The notes: generated by a model from the sequence alone, not told the origin. 64,000 bases of DNA from an uncultured Bacteroidota bacterium (GCA_963714945.1 CAVQQL010000025.1:21188-85187); one strand, 5' to 3'; numbered from the stretch's first letter, positions 10,455 through 21,569 are shown. Made by a program: numbers and translations.

Positions 10455-11039
10455 ATGCGGAAGGCCGGTGTACTTTTTATTTTTTATGCTACCCTAATCT
10501 CTTGTTCCAGCAGAGAGGCAAACGGTCCGAAGCTTTACGCCATAGACAGCTTGCTGAGCGCCCAGGCTAAATACTTATCGGAAAATAGTGCAACACTTAA
10601 GAAGGCAACGACGCTAGGCGACCGGCAGGATGAAGTTATCCTGACCCCTCAGGACGGTGCATCTTGGAAAAAAGAGCTTGAAATCTTTGCGGCGCTTGAT
10701 GTGATCAACAAACCCCTGAATAGAGATTTGTATAGCTTGGCAAGCGTTGCCGATAAAAAAAGTAATTTAATTGTAAAGTCAATCACAACGGCAGCCGATC
10801 TACCCGTGAAGTATCTAAGAGTATATTATCAGCAAGCTCCCAATAAGATTCGAAAAATTGAAGCCGCCTACAAGCAATCGAATACCCTTTATGAAAGCGA
10901 TCGTGCGTTAACCATGGAGTTTCAACAGGTTGATAGTGGCCCGGCACTGACATCTTACTCAATCGTTGGCGCACAGAAAATGTTCATGGGCGACTCAGTT
11001 CGATACACAATAAGTGGTTCGTTGACGCTGTCAAAATAG
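10455..11039 (+). CDS. Hypothetical lipoprotein
   Basis: LISC lipobox; lies between gpmI and the ABC transporter with short spacers. Confidence 0.65.
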   Translation: MRKAGVLFIFYATLISCSSREANGPKLYAIDSLLSAQAKYLSENSATLKKATTLGDRQDEVILTPQDGASWKKELEIFAALDVINKPLNRDLYSLASVADKKSNLIVKSITTAADLPVKYLRVYYQQAPNKIRKIEAAYKQSNTLYESDRALTMEFQQVDSGPALTSYSIVGAQKMFMGDSVRYTISGSLTLSK

Positions 11040-11045
11040 GTTACT

Positions 11046-12839
11046 ATGGCTAAACGAAACGCTGGGGAAGCATTGCGGGAGGAGGAGAAAAGAACTTTCA
11101 ATAAAAAGAGTCTTCAGCAGTTACTAGGTATTTTCCGTTTTTCATTACCGTACAAAGGATGGTTTATCACTGGGCTGCTATCCCTCGTGCTTTCGAGCGC
11201 AACACTATTGGCGTTTCCCTACCTGGCCGGTAAGCTTCTGGATGTAGCAGAAGGTAAGCCGGTTCCCTATTTTGATTCCATCAGCCAAATAGCATTGGCG
11301 CTAATGGCTATTTTGTTTGTTCAAGGTGTTTTTTCATTTACACGTGTTTATACATTTTCGGTTGTTAGTGAACGCTCATTGGCCGATTTGCGGAAAGAAG
11401 TTTACAAAAAAATAATCTGGCTCCCCTTAACTTTTTTTGATAGCAGAAGAATTGGCGAGTTGATGAGTCGGATTACATCGGATGTAAGTACGCTGTCGGA
11501 TATGTTTTCCTTTACACTGGCGGAGCTATTGCGTCAGTTTATGACGTTAGTTTTTGGGACTGTAATAATTTTCTTTCTTGCGCCAAAACTTACCGGATTC
11601 ATGTTACTTACGTTTCCGGTACTTGTTATTCTCGCGCTGGTGTTTGGCAAGTATATCCGGACGCTGTCTAAAAAAACGCAAGACAAACTGGCCGATGCTA
11701 ACGTAATTGTTGAAGAGTCGCTTCAGTCCATTTCTGTTGTTAAAGCATTTACCAACGAGCTATTTGAGATCGGACGGTATTCGACGGCATTAGCCTCGGT
11801 TGTTGGTGTTGCAATTCGAACGGCGCGATTTCGTGGATTGTTTATTTCGTTTATAATTTTTGCACTCTTTGGCGGTATTGTTGCCGTTGGCTGGTACGGC
11901 GCGACGCTTGTGCAGACGAATGAAATAACAGTGGGCGAGTTGTTCTCCTTTGTAATTTACACTTCTTTCATTGGCGGATCGATCGCAGGTCTGGGAGATA
12001 TCTATACCCAGCTACAGCGCGCCATTGGAGCGTCAGAAAGGCTTCTCGAAATTCTTCAGGAGGTTGATGAAGCGGAAGAAAATAGCCGCCCGGAATTAAA
12101 ACTGAATGGCTTAATTGAATTTGACAATGTAGTCTACGCCTACCCGACGCGGAAGGATTTTGTTGTGTTGAAAGGGTTGGACTTCAAGATCGAGTCTGGC
12201 GAAAAAGTTGCGCTTGTGGGGCCTAGCGGTTCTGGGAAATCTACTATCATAAACCTGTTGATGAGATTTTATCCTGTAGCGGAGGGATTGATAACAGTTG
12301 ACGGGACCCCCATCCAACAGTTTGATCTGTCTGTATACAGAAAGAACATCGGTATTGTTCCACAAGAAGTAATACTTTTTGGTGGAACGATTAGGGAGAA
12401 CATTGCCTATGGGAAGCCTGCTGCGAGTTTTGAGGAAATCCGTGAGGCTGCCAGGAAGGGGAATGCCTTGGAGTTCATCGAAAGTTTTCCTGATAAGTTC
12501 GAGACGATAGTTGGAGAGCGGGGTGTAAAACTCTCGGGCGGCCAGCGACAACGGGTTGCCATTGCCAGGGCAATTCTTAAAGATCCTGCCATTCTTATTT
12601 TGGATGAAGCCACGAGCTCGCTAGACGCGCACTCAGAAGTGTTAGTACAAGAAGCATTGGAAAAACTAATGGAGGGCCGGACCTCGATAATCATTGCGCA
12701 CCGTTTGAGTACCATTAAGAAAGTCGATCGAATTTTCGTAATCAAAGAGGGTAGGCTGGCTGAGGTTGGATCGCATGCGGAACTTACACAAATGGACGAT
12801 GGAATTTACAGCAATTTGCTCAGACTGCAATTGCAGTAA
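11046..12839 (+). CDS. ABC exporter, fused permease/ATPase (MsbA/ABCB-like)
   Basis: 6-TM domain, Walker A GPSGSGKS, signature LSGGQRQR, Walker B ILILDEATS, H-loop IAHRLST. Confidence 0.95.
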   Translation: MAKRNAGEALREEEKRTFNKKSLQQLLGIFRFSLPYKGWFITGLLSLVLSSATLLAFPYLAGKLLDVAEGKPVPYFDSISQIALALMAILFVQGVFSFTRVYTFSVVSERSLADLRKEVYKKIIWLPLTFFDSRRIGELMSRITSDVSTLSDMFSFTLAELLRQFMTLVFGTVIIFFLAPKLTGFMLLTFPVLVILALVFGKYIRTLSKKTQDKLADANVIVEESLQSISVVKAFTNELFEIGRYSTALASVVGVAIRTARFRGLFISFIIFALFGGIVAVGWYGATLVQTNEITVGELFSFVIYTSFIGGSIAGLGDIYTQLQRAIGASERLLEILQEVDEAEENSRPELKLNGLIEFDNVVYAYPTRKDFVVLKGLDFKIESGEKVALVGPSGSGKSTIINLLMRFYPVAEGLITVDGTPIQQFDLSVYRKNIGIVPQEVILFGGTIRENIAYGKPAASFEEIREAARKGNALEFIESFPDKFETIVGERGVKLSGGQRQRVAIARAILKDPAILILDEATSSLDAHSEVLVQEALEKLMEGRTSIIIAHRLSTIKKVDRIFVIKEGRLAEVGSHAELTQMDDGIYSNLLRLQLQ

Positions 12840-13319
12840 AAGTTTATCCTTAATCGGCAAATTGTGATGCGATACGTAGGCTGGTAATCGACACAATTTC
12901 TGCCCCTCGATTATAGCACTTCTGTGAGCCGACCATATTTTTTTCTGTGGCGTAATAATACGCTCGTGCATCGAAAAGGAAGGTGAGAAATGTCGTTCAT
13001 CACGACACGTTTTCCAAAATTCTTGTACCTTTCTCGACAACGCGCTATGCGCGCATTCTCGTATGCTATTGGACGCGCAAGTAATGGCTTTGCAACAAAA
13101 CTGCGGTTAGCGGAGCACTAATGGACCACGTTCGTAGAGTAGTTCCAATTCACTACTTGCGTGGCGATGTGCCACAAAGTCGCCGCGAAGCCACAGGGAG
13201 ACGTGGCAAAGCCGCTTAATTTAGGCTATGGGTGAACCTTGAGGAGCCGCTGTCAGGCTGTGGGGGTTTTTATGCGTCTCCGCGTAGAAATCCTTTCGTG
13301 TAAGTTTTCGGGATTAAAA

Positions 13320-13327
13320 TATATTTG
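13320..13327 (+). promoter_or_regulatory. -7 element (TATATTTG) upstream of terC
   Basis: TAnnTTTG match about 80 nt before the terC start. Confidence 0.5.
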
Positions 13328-13403
13328 TAGTTTTGAGATTCACGGATTTTTTATTAGTGCTTTTTTTGATGCTTTTATACGCCAATAACCGGAAAAACCC
13401 TCC

Positions 13404-14385
13404 TTGCTTTTAGTGCTAAACATACTCCTATTCTCTCTATTCAGAAGCGACAACGAAAGGGAGACCATCTTGTTTGGTGTTTTTGCTTTTATCATCGTTC
13501 TTTTCCTGGTCCTTGATCTTGGCCTGTTTCATAAACAGGCACATAAGATTACTACGAAATCAGCCTTGTATCAGTCCATTTTTTGGGTGTTGATCTCGAC
13601 GTTATTTCGGTTTTTTTATTTACCTGTACGATGGCGGCGATCATGCCGTTGAATATTTCTCTGCTTACCTGACGGAGTACGCTCTTTCAGTCGATAACAT
13701 CTTCGTGATCTTGTTGATTTTAAAGTATTTTCAGGTGCAGGAAGAGTATTATCACAAGACACTCTTTTGGGGGATTTTAGGCGCTATTATTTTTCGTGGG
13801 ATCTTTATCTTTATTGGAGCACTCCTCATTCATAAATTTCATTGGATACTGTACATTTTTGGGGTGTTCCTTATTTATTCAGGTATCCGAATTTATTTTG
13901 AGGACGGCGATGAGAAAATTGAACCGGAGAAGAACCCTATTATGAAAATATGCCGTCGATACCTGCCCATTACGGACGATGATCATGGCGGAAATTTTAT
14001 CGTTCGGCACGCCGGTAAGTTAATGTTCACGCCGCTGTTTTTGGTTATTGTTCTGATTGAAACGACGGATTTGATTTTTGCTTTTGATTCCATCCCGGCG
14101 GCATTTGCTATAACGCAAAATGAATTTCTAGTCTATACTTCCAACATTTTCGCAGTAATGGGTTTACGCGCAATGTTTTTTTTGCTGGCAGGAATCATCG
14201 ACAAATTTTACCTACTGCAAAAAGGCCTTTCAATTATTCTGTTCTTTATTGGTGCAAAGATGTTATTGGAAATTTTTGATATCAACGTTGGGGTCTATGC
14301 ATCATTTTCTGTAATTATTGCTACGCTTACGCTCTCTATTGTGTTTTCCGTTATTGTGCCGCGGGTGAAAAAGGGCGAAGGGTAG
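13404..14385 (+). CDS. TerC/Alx family metal homeostasis membrane protein; +1 frameshift near 13605-13617
   Basis: LVLDLGLFHK; after the shift YLTEYALSVDNIFV, LFWGILGAIIFRG, IETTDLIFAFDSIPA, YTSNIFAVMGLRAM. Confidence 0.9.
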
Positions 14386-14399
14386 TGCCCAGATGAAAT

Positions 14400-15671
14400 T
14401 TATTCTTTCACTGCTTCAGCAAAAAGCGTTTTTGGCAGGATTCTAAGCAAAACAGGTAGCGTCAAAAACTTCTGAGGCAAGGATATTATGACAAACGGTG
14501 GGATCGTTTTCAACATCTTGATGAGCATTAAACGGACACTTTCCTTTTCTTCTTTTGTCAATTCTTTTGAACGGGCTTTCTTCATCAGGAGCAGGACATT
14601 TTTATCCTCTGCCGCAATTTTGATCAGGCGTGTTTTATTTTTTTTTGCGACTTTGGACATCCGCCTAATAAATTCTTCACTTACGAGTTGATAGTCCTGC
14701 TTATCCTGAAGGTACTCGAGTTGCTGCCAGTGTTCCAGGACAAATCCTTCAGTGGCAATCATGCTGTTTTCAAGATCCTCGTCAGAAAAACCAAGGTAGT
14801 GACAGAATCTTTTGAGAAAATCAAGCTCGATTTGTTCCACTTTTTTATCTGCCCAAATGGTGAGAATGCCGATTTCGAGAAAAAACTTTCTTAATATCCA
14901 GGAATTTTCAGAGGGAAGATTAATATCTTCAACCGCAAATCCTTCTTCAAATATCATCATCGCCTCTTTCCTGCGTTGTGGGGACAGGTCGGTACTTTCA
15001 ATAAACAACTCATAGAGCTTTCGCTCTTCGAATGCGACTTCTTTATTAGCATGAGCCGCGGCCGCGATAACTTTCACTACAGAGAACCTTAACTCATCGC
15101 GTTCATATCGAAAAAAGTCAGAGACAATGCGATCGGCATTGGTATGTATCCATTGGCCATAAATAAATACATCAAGAAAAAGGAGACTGTTGTGAAAGAA
15201 ATGTATCCAAAAGTTTCCTTCAAATTTGGTAGTGTGTTCGATGCGCTTGTCCAGAATTTTTTCAGCCAGTTCAATGGGAGATTTCTTTCTTCCAAGAATA
15301 GTCTTGGCGGGCGTCGCGATTTCAGGAAAAATATTGTTGTAGAAATTCCCAATCTTTTCCAGGGTCCTCAAAATGACGGCGGAGAAATCTTCCTGGCTCT
15401 TGACAGGTTTATCATAAAACAGCAACGAGCTGCTGATAAGACTTTCCGCAAGTAGGATCTTCATGCGTTCTTTTTCGCTCCATCCTTTATATTGCGGTAG
15501 ATCGATCGCAGCGACGGATTGCCCATACATGAGTCCTGTGGGTTGCATAATCTGATAAAGAGAATGCTCAGGATGTGAAGCCTCTTGCCCACCCCTAATG
15601 GCCATATTCTGCAGGAGTTCCTTGCGAACGCCCAAATAGTCTTGCAGCCAACCTTTTTCCTGTCCGCTCAT
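14400..15671 (-). CDS. TerB-like repeat protein with LETM1-like C-terminal domain
   Basis: Two TerB-like units (AAAHANKEVAFEERKLY; IWADKKVEQIELDFLKRFC.YLG); C-term ELTKEEKESVR..L..MLKTIP..I..LP..LP. Confidence 0.6.
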   Translation of the reverse strand: MSGQEKGWLQDYLGVRKELLQNMAIRGGQEASHPEHSLYQIMQPTGLMYGQSVAAIDLPQYKGWSEKERMKILLAESLISSSLLFYDKPVKSQEDFSAVILRTLEKIGNFYNNIFPEIATPAKTILGRKKSPIELAEKILDKRIEHTTKFEGNFWIHFFHNSLLFLDVFIYGQWIHTNADRIVSDFFRYERDELRFSVVKVIAAAAHANKEVAFEERKLYELFIESTDLSPQRRKEAMMIFEEGFAVEDINLPSENSWILRKFFLEIGILTIWADKKVEQIELDFLKRFCHYLGFSDEDLENSMIATEGFVLEHWQQLEYLQDKQDYQLVSEEFIRRMSKVAKKNKTRLIKIAAEDKNVLLLMKKARSKELTKEEKESVRLMLIKMLKTIPPFVIISLPQKFLTLPVLLRILPKTLFAEAVKE

Positions 15672-15729
15672 ACCGTAATTTCTGCGAAATTCAATTTACG
15701 GATTTCACCGAAATTCAGGCCAAGGTTTC

Positions 15730-16242
15730 TCACGAAGCGTCTCTCCACCCTTTCGATTCAATTTTTTTGGCGGCAGATTCAACTTTCGATTTCAACGATT
15801 TTTTGAATTTATCTAATAACCGACCGAGATTTCTGTCCTGGGCACCAAGAATTTGCGCGGCAAGGATACCGGCGTTTCGGGCACCATCCAACGCGACTGT
15901 TGCTACCGGGACTCCAGCTGGCATTTGAAGGATAGATAGCACGGAATCCCAACCGTCAATGGAGTTAGAAGACTTGATGGGAACGCCGATTACGGGTAGC
16001 GACGTGATCGAAGCAATCATTCCTGGCAGGTGGGCAGCGCCTCCCGCTCCCGCGACGATTACTTTTAGGCCCCTGGTTCGCGCGGTAGTTGCGTAGTCAA
16101 GCATGCGCAACGGTGTGCGATGTGCCGAAACGACCGTAAGTTCATAGACTACCCCAAGCTCTTCCAATACTTCGGCAGCTTCTTTCATGATTTTAAGATC
16201 AGATTGGCTGCCCATGATGATGCCGACTACAGGTTTGCTCAT
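15730..16242 (-). CDS. purE: N5-carboxyaminoimidazole ribonucleotide mutase
   Basis: [40 protein letters not shown]; start trimmed to the ATG at 16242. Confidence 0.97.
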   Translation of the reverse strand: MSKPVVGIIMGSQSDLKIMKEAAEVLEELGVVYELTVVSAHRTPLRMLDYATTARTRGLKVIVAGAGGAAHLPGMIASITSLPVIGVPIKSSNSIDGWDSVLSILQMPAGVPVATVALDGARNAGILAAQILGAQDRNLGRLLDKFKKSLKSKVESAAKKIESKGWRDAS

Positions 16243-16243
16243 A

Positions 16244-17401
16244 TCACGTAGTAACTTTAAGTGTATCCTTGACAAATTTGGCTTTCTTTTTTAAACGTTC
16301 TGCATCGGCGTCAACAATGGTTACATGTCCCATCTTGCGAAACGGCTTAGTAAAACGCTTACCATAAAGATGCACATGAACACCCGGTGTCTTCACGACT
16401 TCGTCAAATCCTTCGTACCTGGCCAGCCCTGTATGTCCCGGCTCACCCAGGAGATTTACCATGGCGCTCCTTGAAACAAGGGTCGTATCCCCCAGCGGCA
16501 TCCCCAGGATTGCTCTCAGGTGTTGTTCATACTGTGATGTAACATTTGCTTCGATGGTGTGATGACCACTGTTGTGCGGGCGCGGCGCAATTTCATTGAC
16601 CAGCAATTTGCCATCTTTAGTCACAAACATCTCGACGGCAAGCAACCCCACCATGGCTAGTTCATGTATAATTTTTTCCGCCAGATGTTCAGCCTGCGAT
16701 AATATTCCCGCGGAAAGTTCAGCCGGCGCAAACAAATATTCTACAAGGTTTTGTTGAGGATGGAATATCATTTCTACGGCGGGAAAAGTTTTCACCTCGC
16801 CATGTTCACTACGGGCGACGATAACAGAAATTTCCCTGTCGAAATCAATCAACTCTTCCAACAATCCCGGAGCATCAAAAGCTTTGTCAATATCCTTTAA
16901 AGAGCGGAGTAGCTGTACACCACGACCATCATAACCTTCCCTGCCAAGCTTATTGACAGCTGGGAAAAAGTCATGGTGCTTTGCAATATCGTTTGCATTC
17001 TCCACGATAATGAAGTTTGCGGTGGGTATGCCGCAATCCCTATAAAATATTTTTTGCGTTCGCTTATCCTGAATTAGTTCGATGACTTCAGGTTGAGGAT
17101 ATACTTTTTTGCCTTGCCTGGCAAGTTTCTTAAGTGCTGTAGTGTTTACATTCTCAATTTCAATGGTAATGATGTCACATGTTGCGCCAAACTTCATCAC
17201 GGCATCAAAGTCAGTAAGCTTGCCCTGATGAAACTCTGCCAATGTCGAACAAGGTGCGTTCGCATCGCCATCCATAATTGCAAATGGAATGTTAAAATCA
17301 ATGCCGGATTGAATAAGCATGCGACCAAGCTGGCCGCCTCCTAAAACACCGAGCTTAAAGTCTTGTTGAAATGAGGTCCGCAAACGAGATGTATTTTCCA
17401 A
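16244..17401 (-). CDS. purK: N5-carboxyaminoimidazole ribonucleotide synthase
   Basis: [32 protein letters not shown]; adjacent to purE. Confidence 0.97.
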   Translation of the reverse strand: MENTSRLRTSFQQDFKLGVLGGGQLGRMLIQSGIDFNIPFAIMDGDANAPCSTLAEFHQGKLTDFDAVMKFGATCDIITIEIENVNTTALKKLARQGKKVYPQPEVIELIQDKRTQKIFYRDCGIPTANFIIVENANDIAKHHDFFPAVNKLGREGYDGRGVQLLRSLKDIDKAFDAPGLLEELIDFDREISVIVARSEHGEVKTFPAVEMIFHPQQNLVEYLFAPAELSAGILSQAEHLAEKIIHELAMVGLLAVEMFVTKDGKLLVNEIAPRPHNSGHHTIEANVTSQYEQHLRAILGMPLGDTTLVSRSAMVNLLGEPGHTGLARYEGFDEVVKTPGVHVHLYGKRFTKPFRKMGHVTIVDADAERLKKKAKFVKDTLKVTT

Positions 17402-17431
17402 TTGATCTAATGATGAAAGGGTCGTTGTCTT

Positions 17432-19345
17432 TCATTTCAACTCAATATTAAGAATTTTATCCCCCACTTCAATTCGATGGACAACGTCCATCCCCGTTTC
17501 TACTTCGGCAAAAATGGTGTATCGGCCATCCAAATGGGGTGTTGGCGAGTGGGTGATGAACCATTGTGTACCCTCGGTATCCTTTCCTGCAGAGGCCATA
17601 CCCACAGATCCGGTTTTGTATCGTCTACCGGAAAACTCCGATCGAATCGAGTAGTCTTCACCGCCCCATCCGTCGCCACGATTACAGCCGGTTTGTACAA
17701 CAAAGTTGGGGACAACACGGTGAAAGTACTTGCTGTCGAAATACTGCCTGTTTACCAGATTGACAAAATTAGCCACGGAACCAGGTGCCTCTTCTACAAA
17801 CAAGCGGATCGTAATCTTTCCTTTCGTGGTGACGATTACTGCCTCTTGATCCTTAGGTATGCTTGCCACAAGGCTCCAGTCAATAGGGTGATTAAACATA
17901 TTGTTCACGGCCACGGAAGCCTCCTTTTCTTCAAACAAGGCTATTGCAGCTTCAAGGGGTTGCAGGGCTTCATTGTCTTTGGGAAGGGACAACTTTCCTT
18001 TTGCGTTATAAAGAAAGCTGAAATCTTTTAGTTCGTTCTTGTAGCCAAGTTCAGGGTCAGCCAATGCAGCTGCGATTATACCGATTACAGCCGGATCGCC
18101 CGTGTTCATCCCATTGATATAGAAAGTGGCAAACCGTTTTCGCAATGAAGGTCCAAACGTTTTGCCGTAATTCATTGCCACCAGCGATGTAGCAGACGCA
18201 GACTTAACGACAGGTGCGGAACCTGTACGCAATTGCTCATGAACAAATTCACATGATGTGACATCGTGTTGCAGCGCGACCAGCAATGCTGCTTTTTGAT
18301 AGGGATTATTGACGCTGTTGTATAAATCCTTAATTTCCTGCGCCACCCCGGTATCTCCGGCGGGCACAAGCGCAGCTTCATAAAGGTCGGCTTGGATGCG
18401 CCAATTTTTGGCTGCTCTCGCCAGCGAAACGAATTCTTTCCAATATCGTTCGGTTGTCGCGGCTTTGATTGTTTCTGAAGCCGCTATTCCAACATTAATG
18501 TTTTCGTCGGACAGACTACTGACCAATGACTTTTTTATCTGATCAAATTGGAAAGTTTGGAGCGCGCGTATTGCATTTACCCGTACCCGATAATCCCGAT
18601 CCTTTTGCAGGATTCTCAGCGCTGCGATTCGTGCGGAATCAGTTTTTATCTTGCCCAATGCCAGCGTGGAAGCCATCCTCACGTTGGCGGAAGTATCTCG
18701 ATTTGCGGTTGAAATAATTGTATGCTGAAAGCCGTCAAAATCTTTGGCAGCACGAGCAAAATAATGCGAAGCCGCAAGGCGCGTCGGCTCCCTAACAGAA
18801 TGGTCTAGCAAGGCAGATGCCCTCGTGTTGAACGCGCTATCGTCGGCGGATCCCTTCATTCCTGATCGATAAAAGGACCATGCAAGGCCAAGCGGTGCCC
18901 CAGCATGATCATCCGTAACCTCGAGATTCCAATTCTTTGTAACCTTGCCGTACGATTCAAGAATCTCGGCGTAGACCTCTTGATCCTTTTCATGACTCAA
19001 TGCATGTTTCAAAATCAATTCACTCTGGCTACTCGGTGTTTGCCCTATAGCAAATGCTGCTGCTTTGCGCACAGCAGGAATCCGATCTCGTGATAACAAT
19101 CGACCCAGTTTATCCACCAGAACAGAATCTTGAATCGAAGCAAATGCCAATGCAGCGTCTTCCCGATAGGAAGGGTTTTCACTTGTGAAGTATTGTACTA
19201 TGCTGTCTGAAAGTCTTCTATCTTGATAATCTTTTATCTTTATAAATGCGGTGTCTATAAATTTATTGACGCCCGCTAACTGGGGTTTCTGGCAGGCAGA
19301 AAAAGCGATTATTAAAGAAAGTATTGTGCAGCTAATCTGCTTCAT
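17432..19345 (-). CDS. Lipoprotein with HEAT repeats and a C-terminal cyclophilin-type PPIase
   Basis: FSAC lipobox; HEAT repeats (VRKAAAFAIG, VRMASTLALG, VRVNAIRAL); FHRVVPNFVVQ, GMASAGKDTEGTQWFI, HLDGRYTIF. Confidence 0.9.
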   Translation of the reverse strand: MKQISCTILSLIIAFSACQKPQLAGVNKFIDTAFIKIKDYQDRRLSDSIVQYFTSENPSYREDAALAFASIQDSVLVDKLGRLLSRDRIPAVRKAAAFAIGQTPSSQSELILKHALSHEKDQEVYAEILESYGKVTKNWNLEVTDDHAGAPLGLAWSFYRSGMKGSADDSAFNTRASALLDHSVREPTRLAASHYFARAAKDFDGFQHTIISTANRDTSANVRMASTLALGKIKTDSARIAALRILQKDRDYRVRVNAIRALQTFQFDQIKKSLVSSLSDENINVGIAASETIKAATTERYWKEFVSLARAAKNWRIQADLYEAALVPAGDTGVAQEIKDLYNSVNNPYQKAALLVALQHDVTSCEFVHEQLRTGSAPVVKSASATSLVAMNYGKTFGPSLRKRFATFYINGMNTGDPAVIGIIAAALADPELGYKNELKDFSFLYNAKGKLSLPKDNEALQPLEAAIALFEEKEASVAVNNMFNHPIDWSLVASIPKDQEAVIVTTKGKITIRLFVEEAPGSVANFVNLVNRQYFDSKYFHRVVPNFVVQTGCNRGDGWGGEDYSIRSEFSGRRYKTGSVGMASAGKDTEGTQWFITHSPTPHLDGRYTIFAEVETGMDVVHRIEVGDKILNIELK

Positions 19346-19448
19346 TGGAAATATGTTAACAAAACGGACGATTCAGATGCAGTGGTCCGGATAGTAATGT
19401 GGCTATTGCGGCGGTGATGCATAAATATAGGAATTCTGCCGCGCTGGA

Positions 19449-21569
19449 TTATGATAAGAGTTGAAATACAACAAGCGCTGAGACATAGGCTAGCACGGTC
19501 ATGTATGCGAGTTGGATCATGGGCCACTTCCAACCTTTTGTTTCACGATGGACAATTGCAATCGTACTCATGCACTGCATTGCAAATGCATAGAATACCA
19601 GCAACGAAAAGCCTACTGCCGGAGTAAATCGTGCACCCCCAGTGTCAGGATTGATTTCTGCTCGCATGCGTTCTTTGATGGGCGTAGAGTCTTCGTCATG
19701 AACACTACCAATACTATAGATAGTGGCCATTGTCCCAACGAAAACTTCTCGCGCAGCAAACGAAGTGATCAAGGCAATTCCAATTTTCCAATCATATCCC
19801 AACGGCTTGATTGCCGGCTCGATTGCTTTTCCGATTACGCCGGCATACGAATGTTCTAGCTTGTAGGCAGCTACGCGATCTGCCAGCCCTTGTTCACTTA
19901 TTCCTTCATTACTTGGCTCCGCTATTACGAATTCTCGTGCTTTGCTAAGGGTGTCGCCAGGTCCGTAACTCGCCAAGACCCAGAGAATGACCGATATTGC
20001 CATAATAATCTTCCCTGCCTCAATAACAAAGGCTTTTGTTTTTTCCAGAATCGTATAGCCTACATTTGACCATTTGGGTATACGGTATGTGGGTAGTTCC
20101 ATGATCAGATAGCTGCGCTCTTTTATTCGTATCATTAATTTCATTAACCAAGCTGAAAAGATTGCGGCAAGGAATCCAAGCAAATACATCCCCATTAATG
20201 CAAGCCCCTGAAGATTAAAGAACCCAAGTGCCCTTTGGTTAGGAATAATTAGCGCAATCAATATCGTGAACACAGGCAAGCGGGCAGAGCAGCTCATCAA
20301 GGGAATAACAAAAATAGTTATGGTTCTCTCCTTCCAGTTATCGATGGTACGCGTAGCCATAATGGCAGGAATAGCACAAGCCACACCCGACATCAATGGA
20401 ACAACGCTTTTGCCATTAAGTCCAAACTTGCGCATAATCTTGTCCATGAGAAAAACGACACGGGCCATGTACCCAGACTCTTCCAAAATAGAAATGAAGG
20501 CAAAGAGAATCGCAATCTGTGGGATGAATATCATAATGCCGCCAATTCCGGGTATTATGCCCTCCGTCAGCAAATTGCTGAGCACGCCTTCGGGGAGGAC
20601 AGCACCAAGGTAGGTGCTGGTGGAGGCAAATAAGCCATCGATAAAATCCATCGGCATTTCGGCCCAGGCAAAGATAGACTGAAAAATAAGGAACAGTATT
20701 CCAAGGAAGATCAAGTAACCCCAGACCTTGTGGACGAGAATTTTGTCGATCCGGGCGGAGTCTTTTTTCCAGGAATTATCCGACGCCTTCAGTGTAATCG
20801 TATTCAGGAGATCCTGAATGTAACCATAACGCTGAATTGTTTCCGCTCCTTGAAACTTGCCAGGGGAAAATTCAAATTGACTGCGAATTTTGTCAACGGT
20901 TCTTCGTTCATCCTTGCCCAGAAAATTCAAAGACTGTGGTTGCTCGAGAAACTGGTAAGCTTCGTAGTCGTTATCAATACCAAGTTTTTCTCGCAGCAGT
21001 TTAATTGGCGCCGCTGCTTCCTTCCAAACCTGAAATATGTGACGTGTTGGTGTACTGATAGGTTCTGCCATGAGCTTTTTCAGCCCGTCCAACCCTACCC
21101 CTTTTCGTGCATTAATGGGGACCACCGGAACCCCTAATTCATTTGCAAGCGCAATGAAATCATAACTGATACCAGCCTTGGCGGTAAGATCCATCATATT
21201 CAAAGCGAGAATAGTGGGGAGACCTAAATCAATTACCTGGGTTAGCAATAGAAACCCTCGTTTCAAATTAGTGCCATCGATGATTACAATGATTTTATCC
21301 GGAGAATTTGGCGAATGATGGTCCAGCAGGACTTCGGCCACTATCTTTTCATCGAGGCTTCTGGGGTAAATGCTGTAAATGCCGGGTAAGTCAATGATTT
21401 CGGCGGTCCGGCCATCAGGCATCAACGTGAATCCTGATTTTTTTTCTACTGTAACGCCAGGAAAATTTCCGACCTTTTGATTCAGGCCTGTCAGGTAATT
21501 GAAAAGTGAAGACTTCCCCGAATTGGGATTTCCAAGGAGTGCAATTTTTGGCCGCTGTGCTGCTGTCAT
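19449..21569 (-). CDS. feoB: Ferrous iron transport protein B
   Basis: G1 GNPNSGKS, PGVTVE, DLPG, NMMD; LEESGYMAR, SCSARLP, AREVFV. Confidence 0.97.
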   Translation of the reverse strand: MTAAQRPKIALLGNPNSGKSSLFNYLTGLNQKVGNFPGVTVEKKSGFTLMPDGRTAEIIDLPGIYSIYPRSLDEKIVAEVLLDHHSPNSPDKIIVIIDGTNLKRGFLLLTQVIDLGLPTILALNMMDLTAKAGISYDFIALANELGVPVVPINARKGVGLDGLKKLMAEPISTPTRHIFQVWKEAAAPIKLLREKLGIDNDYEAYQFLEQPQSLNFLGKDERRTVDKIRSQFEFSPGKFQGAETIQRYGYIQDLLNTITLKASDNSWKKDSARIDKILVHKVWGYLIFLGILFLIFQSIFAWAEMPMDFIDGLFASTSTYLGAVLPEGVLSNLLTEGIIPGIGGIMIFIPQIAILFAFISILEESGYMARVVFLMDKIMRKFGLNGKSVVPLMSGVACAIPAIMATRTIDNWKERTITIFVIPLMSCSARLPVFTILIALIIPNQRALGFFNLQGLALMGMYLLGFLAAIFSAWLMKLMIRIKERSYLIMELPTYRIPKWSNVGYTILEKTKAFVIEAGKIIMAISVILWVLASYGPGDTLSKAREFVIAEPSNEGISEQGLADRVAAYKLEHSYAGVIGKAIEPAIKPLGYDWKIGIALITSFAAREVFVGTMATIYSIGSVHDEDSTPIKERMRAEINPDTGGARFTPAVGFSLLVFYAFAMQCMSTIAIVHRETKGWKWPMIQLAYMTVLAYVSALVVFQLLS

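Noticed and set aside
13100-13400. yybP-ykoY (Mn2+) riboswitch ahead of terC
   Set aside because: Expected by context, but I found no GGGGAGUAGC...GAGAC core, and the structured part lies upstream of the likely terC promoter.
17477-18031. 184-aa antisense ORF, and similar ones (41883-42353, 27007-27459, 12111-12551, 62420-62851)
   Set aside because: Shadow ORFs opposite well-supported genes, with no recognisable motifs.
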